In this document: piece by piece, positions 48,624-59,230 of the stretch
Numbering within the stretch: the first letter of the stretch is position 1
Layout: each line of letters begins with the position of its first letter
Origin: an uncultured bacterium
GTDB lineage: Bacteria > Babelota > Babeliae > Babelales > Vermiphilaceae
Assembly (NCBI GenBank): GCA_963713925.1
Contig: OY970212.1
Coordinates: 160,001-224,000, forward strand
Reading direction: 5' to 3'
DNA length: 64,000 bases
Made by a program: the position numbers and the translations under genes
Notes under the pieces: generated by a model
Seen by the model: the letters and a program-made list of their open reading frames with translations, nothing else
The model's database searches: none
What the model was told of the DNA's origin: nothing

Positions 48624-48980
48624 CTAAGCTCTCTTGCTGATTGCTAGTAAGGCAAGAACTTTCACTCGAATATGACGAATTTGCTCGCGCGTGTGATTAT
48701 ATATTTTCATCATGTAGTAAACAACTGGATCAGCAACAGATCGTAAAAAGACGACAAATCGTGACGGCTCTTTGATGTTGAAAGCGTCTCCATCACATTT
48801 ATCCAGCATCGCATCAAGTTCATCTGAAAAGTCCGGCTGGGCCGCAAAATCTAGTTCTTGACGAACAACTGAGTGGTTAGGTTGAACCTCTTCTTGGTGT
48901 GCATGCAAAGTACAGACCATTGTTGCAAAAAGATATGCGATGAAAAATAATTTCTTTTTTCGTCCTGATGCGTGCGCCAT
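48624..48980 (-). CDS. Hypothetical exported protein
   Basis: Signal peptide (LHA|HQ), AAGGA RBS. Confidence 0.65.
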   Translation of the reverse strand: MAHASGRKKKLFFIAYLFATMVCTLHAHQEEVQPNHSVVRQELDFAAQPDFSDELDAMLDKCDGDAFNIKEPSRFVVFLRSVADPVVYYMMKIYNHTREQIRHIRVKVLALLAISKRA

Positions 48981-49108
48981 TGTTTATCCTTATAAAGAAT
49001 TCTGAAAATTAGGTCCCAAACGGAACAAAAGTGAGTTTGGGTAAATTATTACTGTGTAAAATCAAGTGTAACAGAAGTTCTTTTCTATAAAAACAGTTGC
49101 AGGCATCT

Positions 49109-49573
49109 TTATGCCAACTGTTTTAAACTCCGCATCATTGTTCGCGTCATGTGTTTAACGCTATTCCTGAATAGTATGAGGTTCTGAGCAATGAATGAAC
49201 CATACAAAATGTTATTCACGAGATTAAGAGCGCGTTCATCTTCTTGAAGCTGTTGCTCGGTTGGGGATGGTTCATATCGAATTAAGCTTTGATGAAGATT
49301 TGTGTATATTTTTGCCACACTTCCAAATGCGGCAACTGAAATACCGGCTGAAAGATATCCATAATGTGTTGGCGGCATTTTTTCTTGTATATACAATCGA
49401 TTCGGAGCCTGCTTCGATATTTTTGCATTAATCGAGCGTAAAGTTCGTAGCCCTCCGTCAGAATTCAAAACTGCGGTAACATAAGGGCGTTTGTTTCCTT
49501 TGAAAAACATGCCGTAGTTGAATTGGATGCTCAATGCGATAAGCAGAAACGATATGAAATGACTTTTTTGCAT
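49109..49573 (-). CDS. Hypothetical exported protein
   Basis: Signal peptide; coupled to upstream gene. Confidence 0.6.
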   Translation of the reverse strand: MQKSHFISFLLIALSIQFNYGMFFKGNKRPYVTAVLNSDGGLRTLRSINAKISKQAPNRLYIQEKMPPTHYGYLSAGISVAAFGSVAKIYTNLHQSLIRYEPSPTEQQLQEDERALNLVNNILYGSFIAQNLILFRNSVKHMTRTMMRSLKQLA

Positions 49574-49575
49574 AT

Positions 49576-50181
49576 TTATTTGATGTTCTGATCTTGTTTA
49601 AATTGCTTAAATTCGTCTTCAAGTGTCCTATTCATCACTCCGAAAAGTATCGGTGTATCGGAGCGACATATAACATTCCCGGACTGTTTTAATACATCTT
49701 CGTCTTTAAAATAAAGCAGTGTCTCTTTATAGCCACATATAATATTTTTTGACAACCGCCATATGTCGCCTGTCTTTGGGTCACGTAGCTTTCCAAAGCC
49801 AAAGAAACTTTTTTTGTCATAACCGAAATCTTTTGCAAGCTCTTCTTTTGAAAACTTGCCATATCGAGCATAGCCCGCGAACCAATCAAAAACTTTGCTT
49901 CGCCATTTAAATTGAATAGATATCGTACTTTCGACATCTTCATCTTTGTTGCCATCGACGCATGTTACCACGGCTGCCATGTCAATGTTTTTACTTTTGC
50001 GCATCGCTTCATATGTTTTTTGACGCCATTCTGTATCTCCTTCCATATAATTTGATCTCCAAAACCGTTTTGCCTGAGCTTGAAATCGTTTAAACCCGGC
50101 ATCATCATCGGAAGCAATAAGTGTCGCAGAAAGAAACAGTGCGATGGTCGCAACTTTAGACACGCTTACTCTAAATAACAT
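49576..50181 (-). CDS. Hypothetical exported protein
   Basis: GAGGGG RBS before ATG 50181; signal peptide (LIA|SD). Confidence 0.65.
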   Translation of the reverse strand: MLFRVSVSKVATIALFLSATLIASDDDAGFKRFQAQAKRFWRSNYMEGDTEWRQKTYEAMRKSKNIDMAAVVTCVDGNKDEDVESTISIQFKWRSKVFDWFAGYARYGKFSKEELAKDFGYDKKSFFGFGKLRDPKTGDIWRLSKNIICGYKETLLYFKDEDVLKQSGNVICRSDTPILFGVMNRTLEDEFKQFKQDQNIK

Positions 50182-50346
50182 GGATCCCCTCAAGTATTTT
50201 TTCAAATTCAAAAAAATCTACCTTGCGTTTTAATTCTGCCTGAAATAAATAATAAATCAATAAAAAGAGTAAAAACGGTTTTAAAACAATGCTTTTTCCA
50301 TAATTATGCTATACTGAACAAAAATCACCTTTCATTGCAAAAAATC

Positions 50347-51480
50347 ATGAATAATTACTTTCGTTTTGAACTTATTTATCAATCAAAAAAATCGCGCGCA
50401 CGAGTGGGCCGTATCCATACCCCTCACGGCATTATTGACACGCCCAATTTTGTGGCGGTCGGTACCAATGCGACCTTAAAAGCTCTTGATAGTTTGGCTG
50501 CTGATGATTTGGGGTTGCAGCTCATGTTTTGTAACACCTACCATCTCATGCTCCAGCCGGGGACAGATACCATTAAAGCTGCGGGCGGTTTGCACAAGTT
50601 TATTAATAGAAAACAGCCTTTAATTACCGATTCCGGCGGATTTCAAGTATTCTCCTTGGCCTATGGCACCGTCAAAGACGAGCTCAAAAGCAAAGGCCAA
50701 AAGCAGGCTAACAATTCCGTTATTAAAATATCTGAAGAGGGTGTTTTATTCAGATCATATCGAGATGGCGCGCCTGTTTTGCTGACCCCTGAGACATCAA
50801 TTGCCGCCCAAAAAGATTTGGGAGCCGATATCATTATTCCTTTTGACGAATTGCCTCCCTATCATATCGATCGCCGAAAATTAAAAGCATCGCTTGATAG
50901 AACCCATCGCTGGGAAAAAAGATCATTAGATGCCCATTTGGCAAACCCGCAAAGCCAGGCTATGTATGCTGTTGTTCATGGGGGCATAGATCAAGACATG
51001 CGCCTTGAAAGCTGCAAAATTCTGACAGATTTGCCGTTTGATGGATATGCAATTGGTGGCAGTTTGGGCAAAACGCATCAAGAAATGTTTGATATGCTTA
51101 CGTACCTCATGCCACGCATCCCGGCAGAAAAGCCAAACCATCTATTGGGGATCGGTGATCTTCAATCGCTTGAGCCGGCAATACAATTAGGGATTGATAC
51201 ATTTGATTCATCGCACCCAACACGCTGTGCCCGGCATGGTCTTTTATTCACCTTTGAAGGCACAAAAAAGATTATGCATGCGCGCAACAAACAGCTTTTT
51301 GAACCGATCGAAAAAGGCTGTTCCTGTTTTACCTGCAAACATTATACAATTGGTTACCTCCACCATTTGTATAAGGCGCATGAAATGACCGGATACACTT
51401 TGGCCACCATTCATAACATTCATTTTATGGTGAAACGAATGGAGAAATATAGAGCCCTTATAATGGAAGGTTTACTGTGA
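50347..51480 (+). CDS. tgt: tRNA-guanine transglycosylase
   Basis: CNTYHL, TDSGGFQVFSL, HLLGIG, CSCFTC zinc site, TIHN. Confidence 0.96.
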   Translation: MNNYFRFELIYQSKKSRARVGRIHTPHGIIDTPNFVAVGTNATLKALDSLAADDLGLQLMFCNTYHLMLQPGTDTIKAAGGLHKFINRKQPLITDSGGFQVFSLAYGTVKDELKSKGQKQANNSVIKISEEGVLFRSYRDGAPVLLTPETSIAAQKDLGADIIIPFDELPPYHIDRRKLKASLDRTHRWEKRSLDAHLANPQSQAMYAVVHGGIDQDMRLESCKILTDLPFDGYAIGGSLGKTHQEMFDMLTYLMPRIPAEKPNHLLGIGDLQSLEPAIQLGIDTFDSSHPTRCARHGLLFTFEGTKKIMHARNKQLFEPIEKGCSCFTCKHYTIGYLHHLYKAHEMTGYTLATIHNIHFMVKRMEKYRALIMEGLL

Positions 51481-51968
51481 TACTCAGCCTGGCTAAACTC
51501 GTTTGGGGTCCTGTTATACCCAAGCTCACGAGGTTCGCTCGGGGCCCTGTGGTTGGTTGCTGCTTGTTGTCAAGCGGTATGATTGCATCAGAAACATATC
51601 AATTCACACCATTTGAATATACTGCCGGATTACAAATTTTTCGCGGCCATGAAATAGACGAAAACAAGCCGTTTAATCGAGAATCTTTTGCAATTCTTGA
51701 AAATTCAATTCTTGAAAATATTCATTTTTTGTATGATCGAGAGCCAACAGCTATCATTCATTTAATGCGCAGAGCTCACTGTGTTCACCATTATGATTTG
51801 AGAATTCGATATCCTATACCGACATGGGTGAAGCGTTCTCTAAAAGCAGAAACTTTGCATCCAAAAAATCCAATCATATTGTCTATTATGTACAATAAAT
51901 TTAAACTCACAGACCCCGAAAATATTTTTACTTCCGCCATTGAAATACGAAACGCTCCAAACCAATGA
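51477..51968 (+). CDS. Hypothetical protein
   Basis: 163-aa ORF overlapping both neighbours by 4 nt. Confidence 0.65.
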   Translation: MILSLAKLVWGPVIPKLTRFARGPVVGCCLLSSGMIASETYQFTPFEYTAGLQIFRGHEIDENKPFNRESFAILENSILENIHFLYDREPTAIIHLMRRAHCVHHYDLRIRYPIPTWVKRSLKAETLHPKNPIILSIMYNKFKLTDPENIFTSAIEIRNAPNQ

Positions 51969-52705
51969 AAAAAATTGAATCACTCGACAATCCTCTGGTT
52001 AAAAAAGTAGTGCAACTGCACACACCAAAAGGCCGAAAAACATATCAGCTCGCTATAGCCGAAGGTGAACGGGTATGTGTTACGATTGCTGAGAGCGCTC
52101 TTGAAATCGTGCATATTTTTGTAACGCATGCTTTTTTAGAAAAATATCCCAACTGGTCTGACAATGCGTTGTGCATTACTGTTTCTGAAAAAATTTTTGC
52201 AAAAATGAGTGCAAGTGTGAGCCCGAGCGGCATTCTGATCGTTTTTAAGATAACGAACGGATCGAAAAAATTGACTTCTGCTGCCGTGCTTTCCCACGTA
52301 TCAGATCCGGGAAACATGGGTACTCTTATCCGTTCTGCGTCGGCATTTGGATATGAAAGTTGCGTCATTATCGGCGGGGCCGATGTATGGAGCCCCAAGG
52401 TCGTGCAAGCGAGTGCGGGAATGTGTGCACATATGAACATTGTCACTATGACTTTCGAAGAACTTATTGCAGCAAAAGGGACATTGCAACTGACTGGCCT
52501 GATTGTGAAAGAGGGAACTCCGATTGCTCAAGTGAAAAAAAATGATCATCGGCTCATTCTGATCGGCTCTGAAGCGCATGGTTTATCAGATCAAGAAAAA
52601 GCTGCGTGTGACGAATTGGTGACCATTCCTATGCAGGGGCATACAGAAAGTTTGAATGCTGCCATTGCGGGCTCGCTCGCATTGTATTTGTTAAAAACGT
52701 CGTAA
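51965..52705 (+). CDS. TrmH/SpoU family RNA methyltransferase
   Basis: DPGNMGTLIRSA, IGSEAHG, IPMQGHTESLN. Confidence 0.93.
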   Translation: MKKIESLDNPLVKKVVQLHTPKGRKTYQLAIAEGERVCVTIAESALEIVHIFVTHAFLEKYPNWSDNALCITVSEKIFAKMSASVSPSGILIVFKITNGSKKLTSAAVLSHVSDPGNMGTLIRSASAFGYESCVIIGGADVWSPKVVQASAGMCAHMNIVTMTFEELIAAKGTLQLTGLIVKEGTPIAQVKKNDHRLILIGSEAHGLSDQEKAACDELVTIPMQGHTESLNAAIAGSLALYLLKTS

Positions 52706-52779
52706 GAACTACTGGAACCACGTTTTTTAGTGTGATACACTGCCGAAAAAGATTTTCAAAATACAAGGAACAATACTTT

Positions 52780-54093
52780 ATGACCTCACTCAAAGAAGAA
52801 CGTATACCGTTTCTCGTTGCCCTTTTTATTAATATTAACATTATGATTGGCGCGGGAGTCTTTCTCAACACTGTTGAACTATCAAAGCGTGCGGGAATTC
52901 TGGCATGTTTGGCTTATTTGAGTGTCGGAATACTCATGTTTCCCCTGATTGCAAGCATCGCGCAGCTCGTGCGATTGTACCCAGTCGGTGGTTTTTACAC
53001 CTATGCACGCGAAGAACTCGGATTGTTTGCCGGATTTATCAGCGCGTGGTCTTATTTTATTGGTAAACTCGGGTCAGCAACGCTGCTTATGTACACCGCG
53101 GTTGTGCTGTTGCAACAGATCATTCCTGCCGCAATCGTGGTCTCTCCATTTCTTTGCACAGTCGGCATTCTAACTCTTTTTATCGTTCTTAATACGCTCA
53201 ACTTGAAAACGAGTGAAACAATTCAAGGATGGCTTTTTGTCTTCAAGCTTATTCCGCTCTTCTTTGTGATTTTTACTGGTCTATATCTTTTAAATCCTAC
53301 TGACATTGCATATGTGTTTACCAACGTTCCGGATACTCTTTCAACAATTCCTCTGGTGTTGTTCGCTTTTTTGGGCTTTGAAGCAACCTGTTCGATAAGC
53401 AGCAAAATAGAAAATGCTCAATACAATGGACCTCGAGCTATTTTGTATTCATATGCCATTGTGATATGCATCTACATTCTTTTTCAGCTTCTTTTCTTCA
53501 CATCCGTCGGCAGCCAGCTGATGCAAGCTTCGTCATTCACTGCTGCGTTTCCCCTTTTGATTGCAAAAATAGCTCCAAATTATCAAACGCTCTTCTGCGC
53601 ATTATTAAACATCTTCATTGCATCCTCTGCGCTGGGGGGCAGCTACGGTATACTGTTTAGTAATAGCTGGAACGCCCATATTTTAGCTGAAAAAAATTTG
53701 TTGCCGTTTAGTTCTTTTTTCAAAAAACTTAACAGCAATGGCATACCCTATCGAGCTGTCTTTTTGGAAGGAGCTATTTGCCTGCTCTATCTTTTTGTTT
53801 CGCAAGCGACGGTTGTTGCCTTACAATTGACGAGTGTATTAGGATCGATTATTGCGTATAGCTTGAGCGTTATCGCTTTGTACGCAGCACATCGCCGCGG
53901 CATGCGTCTTCAGCTGCCGGCATGGGCCATACTGCTCGCATTGGGTAATTGCCTCATATTATTGGGCGCCTCAATGAAACTTGCTTACAATCTTTATCTT
54001 TTGCCCATCTCAGGGTTTATCACGCTCTTTATAGCGGGAGTGGCGTATGCGGTGTATGCGAGAAAACAAGGTATGCCACAGCGCAACCAATAA
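52780..54093 (+). CDS. APC-family amino acid permease
   Basis: MIGAGVF, GGFYTYA, FAFLGFE, ~12 TMs. Confidence 0.9.
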   Translation: MTSLKEERIPFLVALFININIMIGAGVFLNTVELSKRAGILACLAYLSVGILMFPLIASIAQLVRLYPVGGFYTYAREELGLFAGFISAWSYFIGKLGSATLLMYTAVVLLQQIIPAAIVVSPFLCTVGILTLFIVLNTLNLKTSETIQGWLFVFKLIPLFFVIFTGLYLLNPTDIAYVFTNVPDTLSTIPLVLFAFLGFEATCSISSKIENAQYNGPRAILYSYAIVICIYILFQLLFFTSVGSQLMQASSFTAAFPLLIAKIAPNYQTLFCALLNIFIASSALGGSYGILFSNSWNAHILAEKNLLPFSSFFKKLNSNGIPYRAVFLEGAICLLYLFVSQATVVALQLTSVLGSIIAYSLSVIALYAAHRRGMRLQLPAWAILLALGNCLILLGASMKLAYNLYLLPISGFITLFIAGVAYAVYARKQGMPQRNQ

Positions 54094-55009
54094 TTGAAAT
54101 TGCTGTTGCAAGCAAGGCTATGGCAATTTCATGCATACCTGATAATTCAAGATGGTGGTGAAAGGGCGCCATTTTAAAGATGCGCTTTTTACGCGTTCTA
54201 TATGAAAAGATTTGCAGCATAACGCTTACTTCTTCAAAAAAGTATACAAATCCGGCAATGGGAATAAGAAATTCAAGCCCCATCATTAAAAATGTGGTTC
54301 CGTAACAAGCGCCCAGCGCAAGTGCTCCGACATCTCCCATAATCAAGCGTGCGGGAAACCAATTAAGCAATAAAAAGCCACATAAAACTGCTGCCATTTG
54401 AATCAAGAATAAAGAAACATCCTGATATGCATATATCGATGCAAATGTGCTTAAAAGAAAGAGATTTGGAATAAATGATGCTGTTGCAAGCCCATCGAGG
54501 CCGTCGGTCAAATTGACTGCGTTGGAACAGGCAATAATGATAAAAACACACCATGCCATTGAAATAAGCTGCGGAAGTTGCAAGGTTCCATAGAAGGGAA
54601 TCAGCATGGAATGTCCATGCCAAAAAGGGATTATGACGACCAATCCCGCTAGTATTTGCAAGATAAATTTGGCTCTGGCTGAAATACCTCGACCGACTCT
54701 CAATTTTTGGACATCATCAAGCAGGCCTATTCCCCCAAACAAAAGGAGGGATACAAGCAGCTGGGCTATTTTCCAATCGAAGGTGAGTGCAAACCAGATG
54801 ATGCCAATGCCAACTATCATGGTCAAAAAGTAGATTCCCCCTGCAGTCAATGCAGGTTGTTTTGATTGGTGTCGCTCAGGGGTGTCAGGTCGGGCTTTTC
54901 CGGTCAGATATGGCCTGAACAGATGAATAAAGAGCAAGCCTATCCCATACGAGCAGGCAAGTATGAAAAGTGGTTGTAATTGAGTGAAAATATCATTCAG
55001 AGTTTTCAT
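54029..55009 (-). CDS. mraY: Phospho-MurNAc-pentapeptide transferase
   Basis: GLLDD, SNAVNLTDGLDGLA, MGDVG, FKMAPFHHHLE. Confidence 0.95.
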   Translation of the reverse strand: MKTLNDIFTQLQPLFILACSYGIGLLFIHLFRPYLTGKARPDTPERHQSKQPALTAGGIYFLTMIVGIGIIWFALTFDWKIAQLLVSLLLFGGIGLLDDVQKLRVGRGISARAKFILQILAGLVVIIPFWHGHSMLIPFYGTLQLPQLISMAWCVFIIIACSNAVNLTDGLDGLATASFIPNLFLLSTFASIYAYQDVSLFLIQMAAVLCGFLLLNWFPARLIMGDVGALALGACYGTTFLMMGLEFLIPIAGFVYFFEEVSVMLQIFSYRTRKKRIFKMAPFHHHLELSGMHEIAIALLATAISIIGCAVAYLVFSHTPHTPLPL

Positions 55010-55209
55010 ATAGTAACTTTTTCGAAGTTTAAACCTGGAAATAGTGCTTTTTGGGGGCTTATTGTGAAGGATCCCTCCCTGGGAAAAACCCACTATCTAA
55101 GCCATTTGTGGCCTACCCATTTGACTTTGACGGGTGCTGCTTTAGAATAGTAATTGTAACGTTAGAATATTAAAAAAGAAATATTTCTCTCTCATAGGAG
55201 ATTTTTATT

Positions 55210-55851
55210 ATGAATATGTTCTTCAATACAAAACGCACCCTGGCGCTGGCCGCTCTTTTGGCGACCGCGACACCTGCCCTTCAGGCAATGACTAGCGAAG
55301 ATTTGAATTTTATTGAGCAAATAACTCAAGAAATTAAAGATCTCATTCAATCGAGTGAAGCTCGTATTAAGGCATTCACTGATCCAAGAGATACGACTTC
55401 TTTGGATGCATATACTGTTGAATTCCATAACAAAATCAAATTTGTTCATGCAGCTGTCTTAGTCCCTCTTCAACAAAAGCTCGCTGATGCTACGCTCGAT
55501 CATAATTCCACTTTCGGCAAAACTTTGAAGATAACTGAAGAGCTTGTCAAAGATCTTTACAAAGAGTTCGAAGGTTTCCACAAGTTGCTTATATCGGCTG
55601 ACGCTCGTAAAAGTGCGCTTAAGATGGCGACTGAGCTTGGTAAAAAAGTTGATCAGCTTAAAAAGAAATATGATCTTTTTGAACAAAAGCTTGTGGTGAT
55701 TCACAAATACCTTGCAGAACTTTCACTCACCGAACTGACAAATAAAATTGGCGAAATGATCACATTGATCAAAAAGGCAAAAGTTCAAAAAGAGCTTACC
55801 GCCGCTGAAAAAACAGCTATTGTGCTCATGCTTAAAAGAAAAATGAAATAA
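55210..55851 (+). CDS. Hypothetical exported helical protein
   Basis: AGGAG RBS; signal peptide (ALQA|M). Confidence 0.75.
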   Translation: MNMFFNTKRTLALAALLATATPALQAMTSEDLNFIEQITQEIKDLIQSSEARIKAFTDPRDTTSLDAYTVEFHNKIKFVHAAVLVPLQQKLADATLDHNSTFGKTLKITEELVKDLYKEFEGFHKLLISADARKSALKMATELGKKVDQLKKKYDLFEQKLVVIHKYLAELSLTELTNKIGEMITLIKKAKVQKELTAAEKTAIVLMLKRKMK

Positions 55852-55866
55852 GAATAATAATGTTTC

Positions 55867-55890
55867 TTGCCCCGGATAAAACCGGGGCAA
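55867..55890 (+). terminator. Hairpin after gene 55210-55851
   Basis: TTGCCCCGG-ATAAAA-CCGGGGCAA. Confidence 0.5.
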
Positions 55891-55913
55891 ACTCATTCAT
55901 AGTGGAAAAACAA

Positions 55914-56600
55914 ATGAAATGTATGAAAATAATACTTGCGGCTCTTTCGGTGATACCGATGGTTGGAGTTGCGCAAGAACTAGATCGCCTCAATCTCTTA
56001 AGAAGTAAAATTTATCAATTGATGAAAAAAGTTGATAATCTTCCGGAAAATGAACTTAATAATATGGATGAAAATCGACGTAATAAACTTATTAAAGAAG
56101 TTGGCTTTTCGCAAGATGAATTGGATGAAGTGAGGGAAGAAGCACCTAAGGAATATTGTTTTTCTATAAAAAATAATACAGAAAAAATCTCCGCTTATGT
56201 GAGCAATGGCTGGTCAGGGGTTCGAGCTTATGATGAAGAAAAAGACAAGACGCTTCGACCGCGCAAGCTCTTGTTTGAAGAAGATTTTCCATATATTATA
56301 GATCTTATTTTCATGCAAACTCGCCATCTTACGGAAACCTGTGTTAACTGGCCTTTTGACTGGATCGATATTAGTCGCAAAACCGGTTTTAATCGCAATC
56401 GTGATATACTTCTAGAAAAAGTAGTTACTATCACATTTACCTTACATGAAAATTGCACCATTACAGAATCAAAAAGCGCTGATGAATACAAAAAAGCTAT
56501 CTACCGAGCTTTGGATCATTATTGTGGAGGCCATAATTATTGTGAAGGCGATCTCGTGCTTGATTGGAAATATGAAGAAAAACACTCCGACAGCAACTGA
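55914..56600 (+). CDS. Hypothetical exported protein
   Basis: Signal peptide from ATG 55914/55923. Confidence 0.65.
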   Translation: MKCMKIILAALSVIPMVGVAQELDRLNLLRSKIYQLMKKVDNLPENELNNMDENRRNKLIKEVGFSQDELDEVREEAPKEYCFSIKNNTEKISAYVSNGWSGVRAYDEEKDKTLRPRKLLFEEDFPYIIDLIFMQTRHLTETCVNWPFDWIDISRKTGFNRNRDILLEKVVTITFTLHENCTITESKSADEYKKAIYRALDHYCGGHNYCEGDLVLDWKYEEKHSDSN

Positions 56601-56642
56601 TCTGCCCCAATCTTGCGCCAATTCTTATTATCGATTAGTATT

Positions 56643-56677
56643 ATACGAGGATGCAAACAGCATCCTCGTATTTTTTT
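56643..56677 (+). terminator. Intrinsic terminator
   Basis: ATACGAGGATGC-AAACA-GCATCCTCGTAT followed by T-run. Confidence 0.75.
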
Positions 56678-56694
56678 AGGGACTTCTATTTCAT

Positions 56695-58500
56695 ATGGTT
56701 CGAAATTCTCAATTTGATTATGACGTTATTGTCGTTGGCGGCGGACATGCCGGCATAGAAGCCGCATATGCTGCCGCGCGCATGGGCTCAAAGACATTGC
56801 TCCTCACGCTTGATGTGGATAAAGTTGGCCTGATGCCCTGCAACCCTTCTGTTGGCGGAGTGGGCAAGGGACACATCGTCTATGAAGTCAGTGCACTGGG
56901 CGGCATGATGCCCCAGCTGTGCACGCAAACTTATCTGCAAGCACGCATGCTCAATACAAAAAAAGGCCCCGCTGTGCAAGGGCTTCGTCTGCAGATTGAT
57001 AAATACGCATACAACAAATTAGCCAAACAACGGCTTGATCATGTTGACAATCTGACGCTTGCTAATGGCACCGTCGATCAACTTATTATCAACGATTCGC
57101 GCATCGAAGGTATTATAACCAACGATGGAACTCGCATTTCCGCTCCGACGGTTGTCATTACCACCGGAACTTTTTTAAATGGTCTCATTCATATCGGCAT
57201 GACGCGCTACAGCGCCGGTCGCCAAGGCGAACACGCGGTTGCGAATTTGTCAGAATTTTTATCGCGCGCAGGGCTGCGGCTTGGGCGTTTAAAAACGGGC
57301 ACGCCTCCGCGCTTGTTGCAAGAGAGCATTGATTATTCAAAGCTTGAACGCCAAGAACCTGATAATCTTGATTACTTATTTGAATTCTATCCACACAAAG
57401 CAGTGAGCTCACGCACCTGCTTTATTGCCCACACCAACGAAAAAACACACAAAATAATTAAAGATAATCTTCATCTTTCAGCAATGTATTCCGGCAACAT
57501 CAAGGGCATTGGCCCACGTTATTGTCCGTCCATTGAAGATAAAATTGCGCGCTTCCCGGATAAAACCTCACATCATGTGTTTGTTGAGCCTGAAGGCGCC
57601 AACATCAATGAAGTCTATCCAAGCGGCCTTTCAACCTCCTTGCCGGCGGAAGTGCAGAAGGCCTACATTCAAAGCATTGTCGGGTTTGAAAATGCAGTGA
57701 TCGCCAGACCTGGATATGCGGTCGAGTATGATTTTGTTCTTCCGGATCAATTGAAACATTCGCTTGAGACAAAAACAATTTCCGGCCTCTTTCTTGCTGG
57801 GCAAATTAATGGAACGACCGGCTATGAAGAAGCGGCTGGGCAAGGAATTGTCGCCGGTATTAACGCAAGCTTGAAAGCTCACAACAAAGAGCCATTCATT
57901 CTTGATCGTAACGAAAGTTACATCGGTGTCATGATTGACGATTTAGTGAGCATGAGTGTTGATGAGCCATATCGTATGTTCACTTCTCGTGCGGAGCGAC
58001 GCCTTACGCTCAGACAAGACAATGCATTTCTGCGCTTAACTGATAGAGCATATCATCTTGGTTTGATTGAAAAACAACTCTACACCGACTTTCAAAATGA
58101 AAAGCAGATTGTAAATCAAACACTTTCTGATCTGCGCGCCGGGCATACCCATGCACAACTGCTCAAGCTTTTTGGGGCAGATACTTGCTCTCCTGAAGGC
58201 CTTCGGCCTGTCGCCGGAACAAACGCAAGCGCACGAGCGTTGCAAACAATCCAGGCAGAGATTCATTATGAGCCCTATTTAAAGCGGGAAGAAAAAGAAA
58301 GTGAAAAGGCCCGTTATTATCAATCCCTGGAAATCCCTCACGATTTCCCTATTGTTAACCTCCCGGGGCTATCCAAAGAACTTCAGCAAAAAATAGGCAA
58401 GCATCGCCCACAAACGATTGCTCAGGCTGCCCTAATACCAGGGATGACCCCCGCCGCACTTTCGTTGCTTATATTCAAAATTAGGGAGCATACCCGGTAA
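56695..58500 (+). CDS. mnmG: tRNA uridine-5-carboxymethylaminomethyl(34) synthesis enzyme
   Basis: GGGHAG.EAA, CNPSVGG, KTGTPPRL, GPRYCPSIEDK, AGQINGTTGYEEAA. Confidence 0.98.
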   Translation: MVRNSQFDYDVIVVGGGHAGIEAAYAAARMGSKTLLLTLDVDKVGLMPCNPSVGGVGKGHIVYEVSALGGMMPQLCTQTYLQARMLNTKKGPAVQGLRLQIDKYAYNKLAKQRLDHVDNLTLANGTVDQLIINDSRIEGIITNDGTRISAPTVVITTGTFLNGLIHIGMTRYSAGRQGEHAVANLSEFLSRAGLRLGRLKTGTPPRLLQESIDYSKLERQEPDNLDYLFEFYPHKAVSSRTCFIAHTNEKTHKIIKDNLHLSAMYSGNIKGIGPRYCPSIEDKIARFPDKTSHHVFVEPEGANINEVYPSGLSTSLPAEVQKAYIQSIVGFENAVIARPGYAVEYDFVLPDQLKHSLETKTISGLFLAGQINGTTGYEEAAGQGIVAGINASLKAHNKEPFILDRNESYIGVMIDDLVSMSVDEPYRMFTSRAERRLTLRQDNAFLRLTDRAYHLGLIEKQLYTDFQNEKQIVNQTLSDLRAGHTHAQLLKLFGADTCSPEGLRPVAGTNASARALQTIQAEIHYEPYLKREEKESEKARYYQSLEIPHDFPIVNLPGLSKELQQKIGKHRPQTIAQAALIPGMTPAALSLLIFKIREHTR

Positions 58501-58681
58501 CATTTCTATCTGAAAAGTCGGCTTATTACAGGCAGGACTTTTTTAAAAAAGATGGTATAGTGAAAATAAGTGGAGGCCCGTCACGCCATAGCTCGATGAG
58601 CGCCTAATCAAACGCAGTTTTGATTGGGTGATCAGAGCGACGGCGGATTCTAACTAAGATTAACGAACAGAAAGGTATTTC

Positions 58682-59230
58682 ATGAAATCATTTTTAATTG
58701 CTATCCTGTGCGCTGCGAGCCTGATTTCTGCTGCCCCCGATGCCCCACAAGGCACTCCCGCACATATTGTTGCGACAATGAATAAATCGCTTACGGGTGA
58801 AAAAACAAAAATAACGGTTATCAATGGTATTGATGAAATCGGATGCTTGCTCGATTTGCCAGATGAATCTATCGAAAAAATTAATGCCAAGCTTCCGTCG
58901 GTTGTTACAAAGGTTAATGGACAAGTCATTAAACTTGGTGAAACAAAAGAGATGATGGCCGGGTCTATGGTCCTCGTTTCAGTAGAACTTCCCGCAAAAG
59001 CATGTGCTGAGCTTGTCAAAAAATTAGATATATTCAAAAGAATTGCTTTTTCCGTCTTGAATCGAGCTGTGCACCTTAAAATTTTATTTTTAGTGCCAGT
59101 AGAACCTGAAAATCCTGAAATAAATCTTCTGATGCATTTGGTTGGTCAACTTGAAAAATGGGAAACACAACTTCCTAAAGTGCATGTGACATTCAAATCT
59201 CCGTTTATTTTTGTTATAACATTGAGCTAA
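58682..59230 (+). CDS. Hypothetical exported protein
   Basis: Signal peptide, AAAGG RBS. Confidence 0.65.
   Translation: MKSFLIAILCAASLISAAPDAPQGTPAHIVATMNKSLTGEKTKITVINGIDEIGCLLDLPDESIEKINAKLPSVVTKVNGQVIKLGETKEMMAGSMVLVSVELPAKACAELVKKLDIFKRIAFSVLNRAVHLKILFLVPVEPENPEINLLMHLVGQLEKWETQLPKVHVTFKSPFIFVITLS

Noticed and set aside
54029..54093. 65-bp convergent overlap of permease and mraY
   Set aside because: Ordinary 3' overlap in a compact genome
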